From NCBI GenBank assembly GCA_050329585.1, contig JBHJOR010000035.1:1434-65433 (forward strand): a DNA stretch of 64,000 bases, in the 5' to 3' direction. Shown piece after piece: positions 36,338 to 45,598 of the stretch; position 1 is the stretch's first letter; each line of letters starts with the position of its first letter. Position numbers and translations under genes: made by a program. The notes under the pieces were generated by a model. That model had not been told where the DNA came from and made no database searches. It saw nothing but the letters and a program-made list of their open reading frames with translations. This DNA comes from Candidatus Methylacidiphilales bacterium (lineage in GTDB: Bacteria > Verrucomicrobiota > Verrucomicrobiia > Methylacidiphilales > JBCBYL01).

Positions 36338-37414
36338 ATGGTTTGTTCCATCCCTTCTAGAACGCGCATTCAACTGATTTGGTTGGACGCCGTATTGATA
36401 CTGATTGCGATCATGGTAATCATCGGCGGCACCACGCGACTAACCGGCTCGGGGCTTTCCATGACGGACTGGAAACTTATTGGCGAAATGATTCCTCCAT
36501 TGAATGAAGCAGCTTGGGAAGAAAAATTCAGGCTTTATCAGGGCACTCCACAGCATGTCATCGTCAATGCCCACATGACGGTTGAAGAGTTCAAAGGAAT
36601 TTTCTGGTGGGAATACATTCACCGGATGTGGGGACGTTTATTGGGGTTAGCCTTTGGAATTCCGTTCGCCTATTTTGCTTTGGCGGGCTGGCTGGACAAG
36701 CGTCGCATCAAGCTGATGTTCATTGCATTGTTATTGGGAGCAGCTCAAGGGCTTTGGGGATGGTTTATGGTGCAGAGCGGGCTGGTGGATCGTCCCTGGG
36801 TGAGTCCGGTGCGCCTGACCGGTCACTTATTACTGGCTCTCTTTCTATTTGGATTTGTGTGGTGGAATCGATTGGAAATACAGGCTTTGTCGAAACCTAC
36901 AGATGTGGGAGTGCGTCCTTTATGGCCACAAGGCATACCGCGGTGGGCGGGTTGGATCGTGTTGGCGTTGGTCATACAATTTGCTTTGGGTGGAGTGATG
37001 GCGGGACTACGAGCTGCCATGGACTATCCAACGTATCCCACCATGAACGGTCAGTGGATTCCTGCCGGCCTCTGGAAACCTGAAATGGGCTGGCATAATC
37101 TGGTGGAGAACAGCGCATGGGTGCATTTTCTCCACCGGGGCTGGGGATTGATCGTCCTGTTGGGCGTCACGGCATGGGCATGGTTTTGTGGTCGTAGATT
37201 GCCCCTTGCCCTTGCCCGGATGTATGGGCTACTGGCGGCTGCAACATGGGTGCAGTTTGCTTTGGGAGTGGTCACCGTTCTGAGTTCCCGAGGCAGTATT
37301 CCCGTGAGCTGGGGAGTCATGCATCAATTCGGATCGGTGGTGCTGACCTTACTGATGGTGATGATATGGTTTTACGAACGTAAGGGTGTAGTGAATAGTC
37401 ACCAAGTCTCATGA
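36338..37414 (+). CDS. ctaA: Heme A synthase (COX15/CtaA family)
   Basis: The sequence GGTTRLTGSGLSMTDWKLIGEMIPPLNEAAWEEKFRLYQ, HR motifs (EYIHRMWGR, HFLHRGWG) and about 8 TM helices fit the family. Confidence 0.85.
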   Translation: MVCSIPSRTRIQLIWLDAVLILIAIMVIIGGTTRLTGSGLSMTDWKLIGEMIPPLNEAAWEEKFRLYQGTPQHVIVNAHMTVEEFKGIFWWEYIHRMWGRLLGLAFGIPFAYFALAGWLDKRRIKLMFIALLLGAAQGLWGWFMVQSGLVDRPWVSPVRLTGHLLLALFLFGFVWWNRLEIQALSKPTDVGVRPLWPQGIPRWAGWIVLALVIQFALGGVMAGLRAAMDYPTYPTMNGQWIPAGLWKPEMGWHNLVENSAWVHFLHRGWGLIVLLGVTAWAWFCGRRLPLALARMYGLLAAATWVQFALGVVTVLSSRGSIPVSWGVMHQFGSVVLTLLMVMIWFYERKGVVNSHQVS

Positions 37415-37977
37415 ATCTCAACCCAATCACTTCCCTATTGAGTGCACTTCCAATGCTATTGATCGTGACCGGCTGTCAGGAGGCACCGGTGAGTGTCATC
37501 ATGCCAGCTGGGCAGGCTGGCGCACTTCTTCCCCAGACGTTTGAAAACGATAAGGTGAACGTGGAGCTTCCCGCCGAATGGATTCCCGAGCCGGTTTTCG
37601 GAATGCGTGAGGCCAGTTTCCGCATACCCGGTCCAAAGGGTACCGAGGCGGAGGTTTCCATCAGCACGCTTCCTTTATCAGGCGGCACGTTGGCTTCCAA
37701 TCTATTGCGCTGGAGGAGCCAAGCCGGACACCCTTCAGTAGATGAGGCAACCTGCCTGAAAGAAACACGCCCCGGTCAGGTTAGCGGACACAAAGCGGTA
37801 TTGGTGCAGTGGGATGCTTATACGGATCAACATCCGGCCGTGTATGGCGCGGTGTTGGAATCCGGCGACACACGTTATTTTATCAAGTTCTCCGGCCCGG
37901 GCGCATGGGTTAAAGAACAAGCGGCCGCATGGGATCAATTTCTTCAATCTCTAGTATTGAAAGAACTGAAGTCATGA
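37411..37977 (+). CDS. Hypothetical lipoprotein, translationally coupled between ctaA and ccsB
   Basis: The leader carries a lipobox-like LIVTGC. ATGA overlaps occur at both ends (37411-37414 and 37974-37977). I recognise no family. Confidence 0.55.
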   Translation: MNLNPITSLLSALPMLLIVTGCQEAPVSVIMPAGQAGALLPQTFENDKVNVELPAEWIPEPVFGMREASFRIPGPKGTEAEVSISTLPLSGGTLASNLLRWRSQAGHPSVDEATCLKETRPGQVSGHKAVLVQWDAYTDQHPAVYGAVLESGDTRYFIKFSGPGAWVKEQAAAWDQFLQSLVLKELKS

Positions 37978-39149
37978 AGACGTTTTCGTGGTGGATAACC
38001 CGTCTAGTGGATATTTTGAGTTCGTTGAAACTCACGGTGGCCTGTCTGTCGGTCTCCATGGTATTGGTGTTTGTCTCGACCTTAGCGCAAGTGGAGTTGG
38101 GAATATACGAAGCTCAAGCCAGATATTTTGAGACGTGGTGGGTTTGGGCGGAACTTGGCGACGGGGGAATCCAGGTTCCATGGTTGCCGGGTGGTTATTG
38201 GATTGGATTGTTGTTGATCGCCAACTTGGTTACTGCGCACTGGAAGCGTTTCCGCCTTCAGTGGAACAAGGCGGGATTGTGGATGGTTCACTTGGGTATT
38301 TTGATTTTACTGGTGGGCGGTTTTGTAACGCATTGGATGGCACACGAGGGACAGTTGCGTTTTGATGAGGGAGAAAAGAAACACTATTACGAAAGTTTTC
38401 TAGAGCGTGAATTGGTGGTCACCGAGCGATTGGCGGAAGCTCAGGTCAGAGAAGTGCGTTTTGATACCTCGATGATCCGGAAAGAAAATCAAGTTTCCCA
38501 CCCGGACCTTCCTTTCACCTTGAACCTTACCCATTATTTGGGGAACAGCAGACTGACTTTGAAGCCGGTAATGGCATCCCCCTCCCCTTCTGCGGGAGAA
38601 GTAAACCGGGGCTGGGGGCAGTTGATCCGCGCAGAGGAAGTTCCTCCCACCTACAAGCCGGATGAACAAAATCTCATCTCAGTCCGGTTGACGCCGGTTT
38701 GGAATGATCAAGCCTTGGGAACATGGTTGGTCACCAATGCAGTTGGCGATATCCAATGGTTTCGCGTGGAAGATCGGCAATTTGGGCTTTCTCTAAGGCG
38801 AAAGCGGTTTGATCTGCCCTACGCGATGACCTTGATTCAGTTCACCCATGATCGTTACCCGGGAACTAACATTCCCAAAAACTTTTCCAGCCGGGTTTTA
38901 TTGGAGCATCCCGAATTTAATGAAGAACGTGAAACACTCATCTATATGAATCAACCTTTGCGTTATCGTGGCAAAACATTTTATCAAGCCGGTTTTGATA
39001 ACAACGATACGACTTCAATTTTACAAGTAGTGGAGAATCCCGGCTGGTTGTTACCCTATGTCTCCTGCTTGTTGGTGAGTTTGGGGCTCACGTGGCATTT
39101 CCTGATGCATCTCTCCAGGCACTTGAACCGAAGAAGGGAAGCACTGTGA
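37974..39149 (+). CDS. ccsB: System II cytochrome c biogenesis protein CcsB/ResB-like
   Basis: The N-terminal region LSSLKLTVACLSVSMVLVFVSTLAQ and the C-terminal region NIPKNFSSRVLL...LIYMNQPLRYRGKTFYQAGFD fit ResB. The start is taken at the Met overlapping the upstream stop. Confidence 0.8.
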   Translation: MKTFSWWITRLVDILSSLKLTVACLSVSMVLVFVSTLAQVELGIYEAQARYFETWWVWAELGDGGIQVPWLPGGYWIGLLLIANLVTAHWKRFRLQWNKAGLWMVHLGILILLVGGFVTHWMAHEGQLRFDEGEKKHYYESFLERELVVTERLAEAQVREVRFDTSMIRKENQVSHPDLPFTLNLTHYLGNSRLTLKPVMASPSPSAGEVNRGWGQLIRAEEVPPTYKPDEQNLISVRLTPVWNDQALGTWLVTNAVGDIQWFRVEDRQFGLSLRRKRFDLPYAMTLIQFTHDRYPGTNIPKNFSSRVLLEHPEFNEERETLIYMNQPLRYRGKTFYQAGFDNNDTTSILQVVENPGWLLPYVSCLLVSLGLTWHFLMHLSRHLNRRREAL

Positions 39150-39154
39150 AATAC

Positions 39155-41008
39155 ATGATTACAAAGAGTTTTCTCGCTTTCGTCTTAGGTGCCCTCTCAC
39201 TGGCCTCGATGTCCAATGCTTCGGATAAAGACCGGGCTTTAGGCGCATTGGGTAAACTTCCCGTTTTGGAGGGCGGCAGACTTAAGCCTTGGGATTCCGT
39301 CGCGCGCAATGACTTACTACTGATTCACGAAAGGCAGGAATGGCGCGGAGATCATGGTAAATGGAAGGCCATTGAATGGCTCGCCGAGGTGCTTTTTAAC
39401 CCGGTAGAAGCCGATACCCGTCCCGTTTTTCGGGTCATGCATCCGGATGTCAGACAGTTGTTGGGTAATGAATCAGAAGATCAAAAATTTTATTCATTTC
39501 AGGAGATTCTTCCCTCCTTGCCCCGACTGGCAGATCAGGCCGGACGTGCCCGGCAGGTTGAACGCCAGCTTCGTGATTCCTATCAGCGCGCGGTTCTTTC
39601 ACTTTTTGATCACCTAACGCTTTATCAGGAACTCAAGCGCAGTCTCTCACCGCATGATCAGGCCCGGCTTTCGGAAGAATTGGAAACCTATTCTCTCTGG
39701 ATGAATGATCCCCTTAAGTCCTTCCAGCAACAACAGGCCGGGGAAGCGTTTGATTCCACCCACTTTCAACTTTTTATCCAGACCGCCGCACGTTACCGGG
39801 CTCTCGCCGGGGTTGCCCGCGCCAGAACGGTGGCACACGAAAACGAATGGGACACGTTGTGGGATGCCATGGTTAGGTCAGTGCCAACAGGTCAACCTCC
39901 CGTGGAGGCCGTTTTTTACGCGCAAATGCAGGATCACTATCTCAAAGGCGAATGGAAGGCCTTTCGAGAGTCGGCCGAGAAACTGGCACTTCACTACCGG
40001 CAAGTGGATCCACGCTCCGCTTTCAAGGGCCGTTTGGAAGCCGGATTCAACAAAGCTGAAATATTTTATCGAAGCAGTATCGTCTATTTACTGGCATTCC
40101 TCTTAGTTCTTGTTTCGTGGGTGCGCTGGGAAAAGCCGCTCAATCGTGCCGCCTTCTGGCTTCTGGCCTTGGCCTTCACAGCTCACTCCGTCGGAATGAT
40201 CATCCGCATGATCATCCAAGAGCGTCCTCCGGTGACCAATCTTTACGCATCGGCCCTTCTCGTGGGCTGGGGTAGTGTGCTGCTTGGACTTTTGCTGGAG
40301 CGCATGTATCGCAATGGCATCGGTTCAGCCACCGCCGCAGCGGTGGGTTTTCTATCACTTATCGTAGCACACAACCTGGCGGGCGATGGCGATACCATGG
40401 CCATGCTACAAGCCGTGTTGGATACCAACTTTTGGCTGGCCACCCATGTAGTCATCATCACGCTGGGTTATTCCGCTACATTTTTGGCAGGGTTTCTGGG
40501 CGCACTTTATATCGTCCGTGGATTTTTCAGCAAATCACTGGATGAAAAAACGGCGGCATCATTGGAACGTATGGTATTCGGCATCGTCTGTTTTTCGCTT
40601 TTGTTCAGCTTTGTAGGAACGGTCTTGGGGGGAATATGGGCTGATCAATCATGGGGGAGATTCTGGGGATGGGATCCCAAAGAAAATGGAGCGTTGCTGA
40701 TTGTTTTGTGGAACGCACTGATTTTGCACGCACGGTGGGGTCGGATGCTCGGCAGGCAGGGACTGATGGTTACCGTTATTTTTGGAAACATCGTTACCGC
40801 TTGGTCGTGGTTTGGCACCAATATGCTGGGCATCGGTTTGCACTCCTATGGTTTTATGGAGGAAGCGTTTTTTTGGTTAGCTGCCTTTGGTGTTTCACAG
40901 TTATTGTTGATGGGTATTGGCTGCATTCCACCGCGCTGGTGGGAAAGCTTCAGCCGCCCTACTTTGGTGGATTCAAAGGGTGACGGCGCCGGGAATGCCG
41001 GCAGCTAA
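39155..41008 (+). CDS. ccsA: System II cytochrome c biogenesis protein CcsA/ResC with a roughly 330-aa N-terminal periplasmic extension
   Basis: The WWD-type motif WGRFWGWDPKENGALLIVLW and flanking conserved His are present. A signal-like N-terminus MITKSFLAFVLGALSLASMS precedes a long soluble region ahead of the TM core. Confidence 0.85.
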   Translation: MITKSFLAFVLGALSLASMSNASDKDRALGALGKLPVLEGGRLKPWDSVARNDLLLIHERQEWRGDHGKWKAIEWLAEVLFNPVEADTRPVFRVMHPDVRQLLGNESEDQKFYSFQEILPSLPRLADQAGRARQVERQLRDSYQRAVLSLFDHLTLYQELKRSLSPHDQARLSEELETYSLWMNDPLKSFQQQQAGEAFDSTHFQLFIQTAARYRALAGVARARTVAHENEWDTLWDAMVRSVPTGQPPVEAVFYAQMQDHYLKGEWKAFRESAEKLALHYRQVDPRSAFKGRLEAGFNKAEIFYRSSIVYLLAFLLVLVSWVRWEKPLNRAAFWLLALAFTAHSVGMIIRMIIQERPPVTNLYASALLVGWGSVLLGLLLERMYRNGIGSATAAAVGFLSLIVAHNLAGDGDTMAMLQAVLDTNFWLATHVVIITLGYSATFLAGFLGALYIVRGFFSKSLDEKTAASLERMVFGIVCFSLLFSFVGTVLGGIWADQSWGRFWGWDPKENGALLIVLWNALILHARWGRMLGRQGLMVTVIFGNIVTAWSWFGTNMLGIGLHSYGFMEEAFFWLAAFGVSQLLLMGIGCIPPRWWESFSRPTLVDSKGDGAGNAGS

Positions 41009-41236
41009 TTGATACATGCGCACCACGTCTTGACTGCATCCCGCTTGAAACGTGATGGTGAAAGATCGATAAGCACCGGATTTAGAATCCCGGAAATCAA
41101 ACGAATATCCTCGGTAAATCTGCTCGAAGGAGGGGATGCCATCCCGAGGCACAATACACTTGAACTCATACGAACAAGGCCATTGATGCATCTCATCCAA
41201 ACGATCAGCAAACGGATCCCATAACTCTTTAGACAT
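40973..41236 (-). CDS. DUF493 (YbeD-like) family protein
   Basis: The product is 87 aa, and WPCSYEFKCIVP resembles the FPC..FK.IG signature of YbeD/DUF493. It converges on and overlaps the ccsA 3' end by 36 nt. Confidence 0.55.
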   Translation of the reverse strand: MSKELWDPFADRLDEMHQWPCSYEFKCIVPRDGIPSFEQIYRGYSFDFRDSKSGAYRSFTITFQAGCSQDVVRMYQLAAGIPGAVTL

Positions 41237-41326
41237 TCAACACATCCTCGTTTTGTTCCTTAAAAGATAAAAGTGCAAAGATAAATTTCTTGCCTTTCAC
41301 GCTAAAAGACGTAAAAATTCAACAAC

Positions 41327-41686
41327 ATGAAAAAGCTCCTCCTTCTAGCTTCCCTGTTCATTCTGAACCTCACCGCCTATGCGGATCTTCAAATGCCAAA
41401 GAGAGAAAATTTTTATGATCGTATGGGTCATGGTGTTGCCAACATCCTGCTTTCACCCACTCACATTCTAGATTCTCCTTACGGTTTACTCCAAACGGAT
41501 GGACCTACGGTGGCTTCCACTAAAGGCCTGACTCAAGGTATCAGCCGCATGTTTATGGACTTTTTTGTTGGTATTGCCGAAGTTGTGACCTCTCCCTTTC
41601 CGGTAGAAAGCCTTAAATCACCCGCGTATGATACCGGAGTGGTGGCCAAGTATCCTCCTGCGGATTTGTTGGAAAACTGGTATTGA
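41327..41686 (+). CDS. Small secreted protein resembling the exosortase-associated TIGR04073 family
   Basis: It has a signal peptide, and the motifs GHGVANILLSPTHILD...GLTQGISRMFMDFFVGIAEVVTSPFP resemble that family as I recall it. Confidence 0.5.
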   Translation: MKKLLLLASLFILNLTAYADLQMPKRENFYDRMGHGVANILLSPTHILDSPYGLLQTDGPTVASTKGLTQGISRMFMDFFVGIAEVVTSPFPVESLKSPAYDTGVVAKYPPADLLENWY

Positions 41687-41708
41687 TCTCAATTCCCTGC
41701 CTTTCAAA

Positions 41709-41739
41709 AAGCCCTGTCTTAAAGACGGGGCTTTTTTTT
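41709..41739 (+). terminator. Rho-independent terminator
   Basis: The sequence is AGCCCTGTC-TTAAA-GACGGGGCT (9-bp stem with one G-U pair) followed by a run of eight T. It lies 23 nt after the stop at 41686. Confidence 0.7.
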
Positions 41740-41744
41740 AGACC

Positions 41745-42815
41745 ATGTCCTCCCCCAAAGAACTCGATCTGATCATTGATGACTTGGCTTTTGGTGGAGA
41801 TGGCGTTGGCAGAGTAGACGGTAAGGCCTGTTTTGTTCCCTTTGTGCTGCCTGGCGAACGCTGCCGTGTGCGCGTGATCGAAGACAAAAAAAAATACCTT
41901 CGCGCAGACTTGCTGGAGGTGATCGAGCCCTCGCTGGAGAGGATTCCGCCAGTTTGTCCAGTTTTTGGTCACTGTGGAGGCTGTCAATACCAGCATGTCT
42001 CCTACTCAGCAGAACTGAGAATTAAAGAAAATCAGGTGCGGCAACTGCTCCTTCGTCTGGGCGCGATGGAGCATGTGGAGATCGCACCCATCATTCCTTC
42101 GCCAGAGCCCTACGGCTACCGCAACCGGGTGCGGCTGCATCTAAGAGAGGGGAGCCCCGGATTTCTAGCACATGCCAGCAACCGGCATGTGCCGATCACC
42201 TCATGTCCGTTGGCCTCAGAATCGATCAACCGCCAGATTCAACAACTGGCACGTCGCGCCACGTCCCAAGAAGGTCAAATGACGTTGAGAGATAAAGATT
42301 CAGCAGATCACCGAGGATTCACTCAAGTCAACCGCTTCCTGCTGGATGAGTTGTTAAAACAAGTAGAAAACTGTTTACCACCTCTAGGTGAAAGGTTTTT
42401 GGAGTTGTATGCGGGGGGAGGCTTTTTTACTCAACGTTTGGCACCCCGTTATCGTCAAGTAGATGCGGTGGAGTGGGACAGCCGATTGGTCGAAGTGGGA
42501 CGCCGCGATAGCCCAATGCATGTAACATGGTGGGAACAAAGTGTTGAAGAAGCTATGCTACGAATGGAGGTGGATGAACCGATGGATATTCTGACGGATC
42601 CGCCCCGCGAAGGCATGAATCGCTTGGTGGTGGAAAAACTAAAAAGTATTCCGGCGGGTAGGCTCATTTATGTTTCCTGTAACCCTGCAACCTTGGCGCG
42701 AGATTTGAAGTATTTGGCACCCGAGTGGTCAGTCCGGTGGGTGAAACCTATTGATATGTTTCCGCGCACTGCACACGTGGAATGCATCGCGGTTTGTGAG
42801 CGGAACTACATTTAG
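41745..42815 (+). CDS. 23S rRNA (uracil-5)-methyltransferase RlmD/RumA-family protein with TRAM domain
   Basis: The TRAM-like N-terminus is DDLAFGGDGVGRVDGKACFVPFVLPGERCRVRV. The Fe-S motif CPVFGHCGGCQYQH and the C-terminal SAM-MTase region with DPPREG and the nucleophile segment YVSCNPATLARD are present. Confidence 0.8.
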   Translation: MSSPKELDLIIDDLAFGGDGVGRVDGKACFVPFVLPGERCRVRVIEDKKKYLRADLLEVIEPSLERIPPVCPVFGHCGGCQYQHVSYSAELRIKENQVRQLLLRLGAMEHVEIAPIIPSPEPYGYRNRVRLHLREGSPGFLAHASNRHVPITSCPLASESINRQIQQLARRATSQEGQMTLRDKDSADHRGFTQVNRFLLDELLKQVENCLPPLGERFLELYAGGGFFTQRLAPRYRQVDAVEWDSRLVEVGRRDSPMHVTWWEQSVEEAMLRMEVDEPMDILTDPPREGMNRLVVEKLKSIPAGRLIYVSCNPATLARDLKYLAPEWSVRWVKPIDMFPRTAHVECIAVCERNYI

Positions 42816-43729
42816 GGTGCACACAAAAAGAGAAAGCCTGCGCGGCGACGGCAATAGTGATTTTTTTGCATATTAACGCGGGCGGGTGAGGCGATTTGAA
42901 GGAGTCCGCGGATCGATTCAATTTCTTCAAAGGAGGGAGATGCCGGGGCATGTGTTAATAACCAGTGGCGGATAAGCCGCCGCTGATGGGCGGGATGAAG
43001 GGTCTGCAACAAGCGGACGGAGAGTTTTTCCGGGGCAGGATGGGGAAGTTGTTGATCCCAGTAATCGTTTTCTAACGAAAGGATATCAGCGGTGCGGGCC
43101 AGCAGCGGGGTGACATCGCGACCGGAAAGTTTGTTGAGATAGGGCAGCAGACGGTGTCGGATTCGATTGCGCAGATGGGTAGGTTCGCAGTTACTGGAAT
43201 CCTCCCTCCATGACAAACCGGAAGAACGTGCGATGCGCAAAAGATCCATCCGACGCACATGAAGGAAAGGGCGTAGCAGTCGCAACCCGTCCACCATTCG
43301 ATCCGCGTGCAGTGAATCCAGTCCTGCCGCACCTGCGCCACGGAGGATTTGTAACAGCGCGGTTTCAGCCAGATCATCCTGATGATGAGCTAGAATGACT
43401 CCGGCCAAGCTGTATCGTTTACACTGCTTGTGAAAAAAAACCATACGAGCCCGGCGGGCGGCCGCTTCGGTATGAACGGGCTTGCGCCACGTGGCGGTGG
43501 AGCAGGCAATGCGGTGGTCGTGACACCATTGTCTAACCAGAGCAGCGTCCTGATAGCTCTCTTCTCCTCGCCATTGATGATTAAAATGAAGCACACGAAA
43601 GGGCAAGTGGCTGAGACGGAGTGCCTCGGCCATCACCATGGAATCCAGTCCACCGGAAACTCCAGCTCCCCAAGATTGATCTTCGGTAAGAGCGGGAAGC
43701 TTATGGAGCAGGGCGGTTAGATGTTTCAT
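42812..43729 (-). CDS. tilS: tRNA(Ile)-lysidine synthase
   Basis: It has the PP-loop VSGGLDSMV, HFNHQWRGEES and AHHQDDLAET. Confidence 0.85.
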   Translation of the reverse strand: MKHLTALLHKLPALTEDQSWGAGVSGGLDSMVMAEALRLSHLPFRVLHFNHQWRGEESYQDAALVRQWCHDHRIACSTATWRKPVHTEAAARRARMVFFHKQCKRYSLAGVILAHHQDDLAETALLQILRGAGAAGLDSLHADRMVDGLRLLRPFLHVRRMDLLRIARSSGLSWREDSSNCEPTHLRNRIRHRLLPYLNKLSGRDVTPLLARTADILSLENDYWDQQLPHPAPEKLSVRLLQTLHPAHQRRLIRHWLLTHAPASPSFEEIESIRGLLQIASPARVNMQKNHYCRRRAGFLFLCAP

Positions 43730-43772
43730 CGTGCACTTCTGGATTTGCTAATCACATTGAAGCTGTCATGGT

Positions 43773-44780
43773 TTGCAAGCAATGAAGAAGACATCGATAG
43801 GTTGCCTGGGTTTATTTCTAGTGGTGGCATTGGGTGTAAGCCTGCTGCTCAATTTCGTTTTATTTACCTCGAATTCGGGAGTAAAAACCGCGGCACTCAG
43901 TTCCTCAAAAGGTTATTTTGAAAAAATGCCACTCCAAGGAAGTGGTTCTGATCAAGTGGCGGTGGTCTCTCTTTACGGAGTGATTTCTTACGGAATGTCG
44001 GGTGAGGTGTTTGCCTCCATGGTTGAAGATGTGGTGGCCAAGTTAAAACAGGCCCGGGAGGATCAAAAAGTTAAAGCGGTTATTCTGCGCGTGGACAGTC
44101 CGGGCGGTGAGGTGACCGCCAGCGATGTGATATATCGTGAGCTGACGGAAACCCGCAAAGTGAAACCAGTCGTGGTATTTATGGAGAGCGTGGCCGCATC
44201 GGGAGGATACTACGTGGCAGTGGGGGGGAGTCACCTGATGGCCAACGAACTGACCATTACCGGCAGCATTGGAGTGATTTTACAGACGTTCCAGTTAGGC
44301 GAAATGTCTAAGAAAATTGGTTTGGATGTGGTGACTGTGAAATCGGGCAAGATGAAGGATATCCTAAATCCCTTCCGTCCGGTGCAACCGGAGGAGCTGG
44401 CGTTGATTCAAGAAATGATCGATGAAACCTATAACAAGTTTTTGGGCGTTGTAGCCGAGGAGCGTAAAAAAGATGCTGAGGAAATGCGCAATGGACTGGC
44501 AGACGGCCGGATTCTCAGTGGTAAGCGTGCTCTTGAAGCGGGTCTGATTGATTCCACGGGATACTTTGATGATGCGGTAGAAATGGCCATGGAACTGGGT
44601 GGGGTGGAGCAGGCCAGTGTGGTCGAGATTCAGGCACCGTATAATTTTGGACGCTTGTTGCGGTTGTTTGGATCATCCATACAAAACCGTGGCGAGATGC
44701 GGGTTCGTCTGGGGCCCGAGTCATTGGAACTGGAAGCCGGTCGCTTGTATTTCATTTCCCCGCACGTTTTGACCCGCTGA
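43773..44780 (+). CDS. sppA: Signal peptide peptidase SppA (36K type)
   Basis: An N-terminal TM helix is present, together with VILRVDSPGGEVTAS, AASGGYY and ITGSIGV motifs. Confidence 0.85.
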   Translation: MQAMKKTSIGCLGLFLVVALGVSLLLNFVLFTSNSGVKTAALSSSKGYFEKMPLQGSGSDQVAVVSLYGVISYGMSGEVFASMVEDVVAKLKQAREDQKVKAVILRVDSPGGEVTASDVIYRELTETRKVKPVVVFMESVAASGGYYVAVGGSHLMANELTITGSIGVILQTFQLGEMSKKIGLDVVTVKSGKMKDILNPFRPVQPEELALIQEMIDETYNKFLGVVAEERKKDAEEMRNGLADGRILSGKRALEAGLIDSTGYFDDAVEMAMELGGVEQASVVEIQAPYNFGRLLRLFGSSIQNRGEMRVRLGPESLELEAGRLYFISPHVLTR

Positions 44781-45598
44781 TGGATCCGACTCTGGAAAAT
44801 GCGCCGTGGGCGGCCGCTTTTGCTGGCTTGCTGATGCTGGCCAGTTTCGTGCGCGGCCTCATATGGATCTTGCACCTTTGGAAAACACAAAGAGACCCGA
44901 ATAAGCAGGAAATCCGGGAGGCGGCGATCTGGAGCACCTTTGATACAGAACGTAATTCAGAAGGGCGTTTTCAATGGATGGATCTGTTGTGGCTACTTCT
45001 GGCCTGCGTAGGCGCGGCAGTCATCCACCCTCTAGTGATGCCCTTTGCAGGAATCGGCTTTGGCGTTTGGCTACTGAGTCGCCGTGGGATCCCTGTATCC
45101 ACTTTATGGGGATGGCGCTGGGATGAGCTGCCGACCTATTTAGGACGCGGTTTGGATCGTTATCTGTTGATCTTGTTTCCAGTATCTATGGTATTGGGCG
45201 CGACGCTTTTTCTTTCTAAGCAAATGGGTTGGGAAGCGGGGGCGCAACCTTTGGTGCTGGAATTTTTGGCCATTGAAGATACTTGGAAAGTCGCAGGCTT
45301 GGTCTTTGCGGCGGTGGTAGTGGCTCCGGTTTGGGAAGAGTTATTTTTTCGAGGAATTCTTTATCCCATGATGCGAGGACTAAGAGATCGGGTGTTTGCC
45401 CTGTTGACGACTTCAATTTTATTCGGTCTGGTGCACGCTCACGGGCCGTCGTTGATTGCCTTGGCTCTTTTTGGTGGGGCACTGGCTTGGATTTATGAAC
45501 GGACGGGAAAAATAGGTTGTGCGATGGCTTTGCACGCCGCCTTTAATACGGGAACTGCGGTTACCCTGTTATTGATCAAATATGCGCCCGCGCACTGA
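44780..45598 (+). CDS. CPBP-family intramembrane metalloprotease (CAAX protease-like)
   Basis: The family motifs APVWEELFFRG, FGLVHA and HAAFN lie in a polytopic membrane protein. Confidence 0.75.
   Translation: MDPTLENAPWAAAFAGLLMLASFVRGLIWILHLWKTQRDPNKQEIREAAIWSTFDTERNSEGRFQWMDLLWLLLACVGAAVIHPLVMPFAGIGFGVWLLSRRGIPVSTLWGWRWDELPTYLGRGLDRYLLILFPVSMVLGATLFLSKQMGWEAGAQPLVLEFLAIEDTWKVAGLVFAAVVVAPVWEELFFRGILYPMMRGLRDRVFALLTTSILFGLVHAHGPSLIALALFGGALAWIYERTGKIGCAMALHAAFNTGTAVTLLLIKYAPAH

Noticed and set aside
40973-41008. Convergent 3'-end overlaps: 36 nt between ccsA and the DUF493 gene, and 16 nt between thiL and mscS at 46448..46463. I considered these as possible frameshifts or mis-assembly.
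   Set aside because: Both partners in each pair read through to plausible C-termini with no frame disruption. Short convergent overlaps are common in compact genomes.
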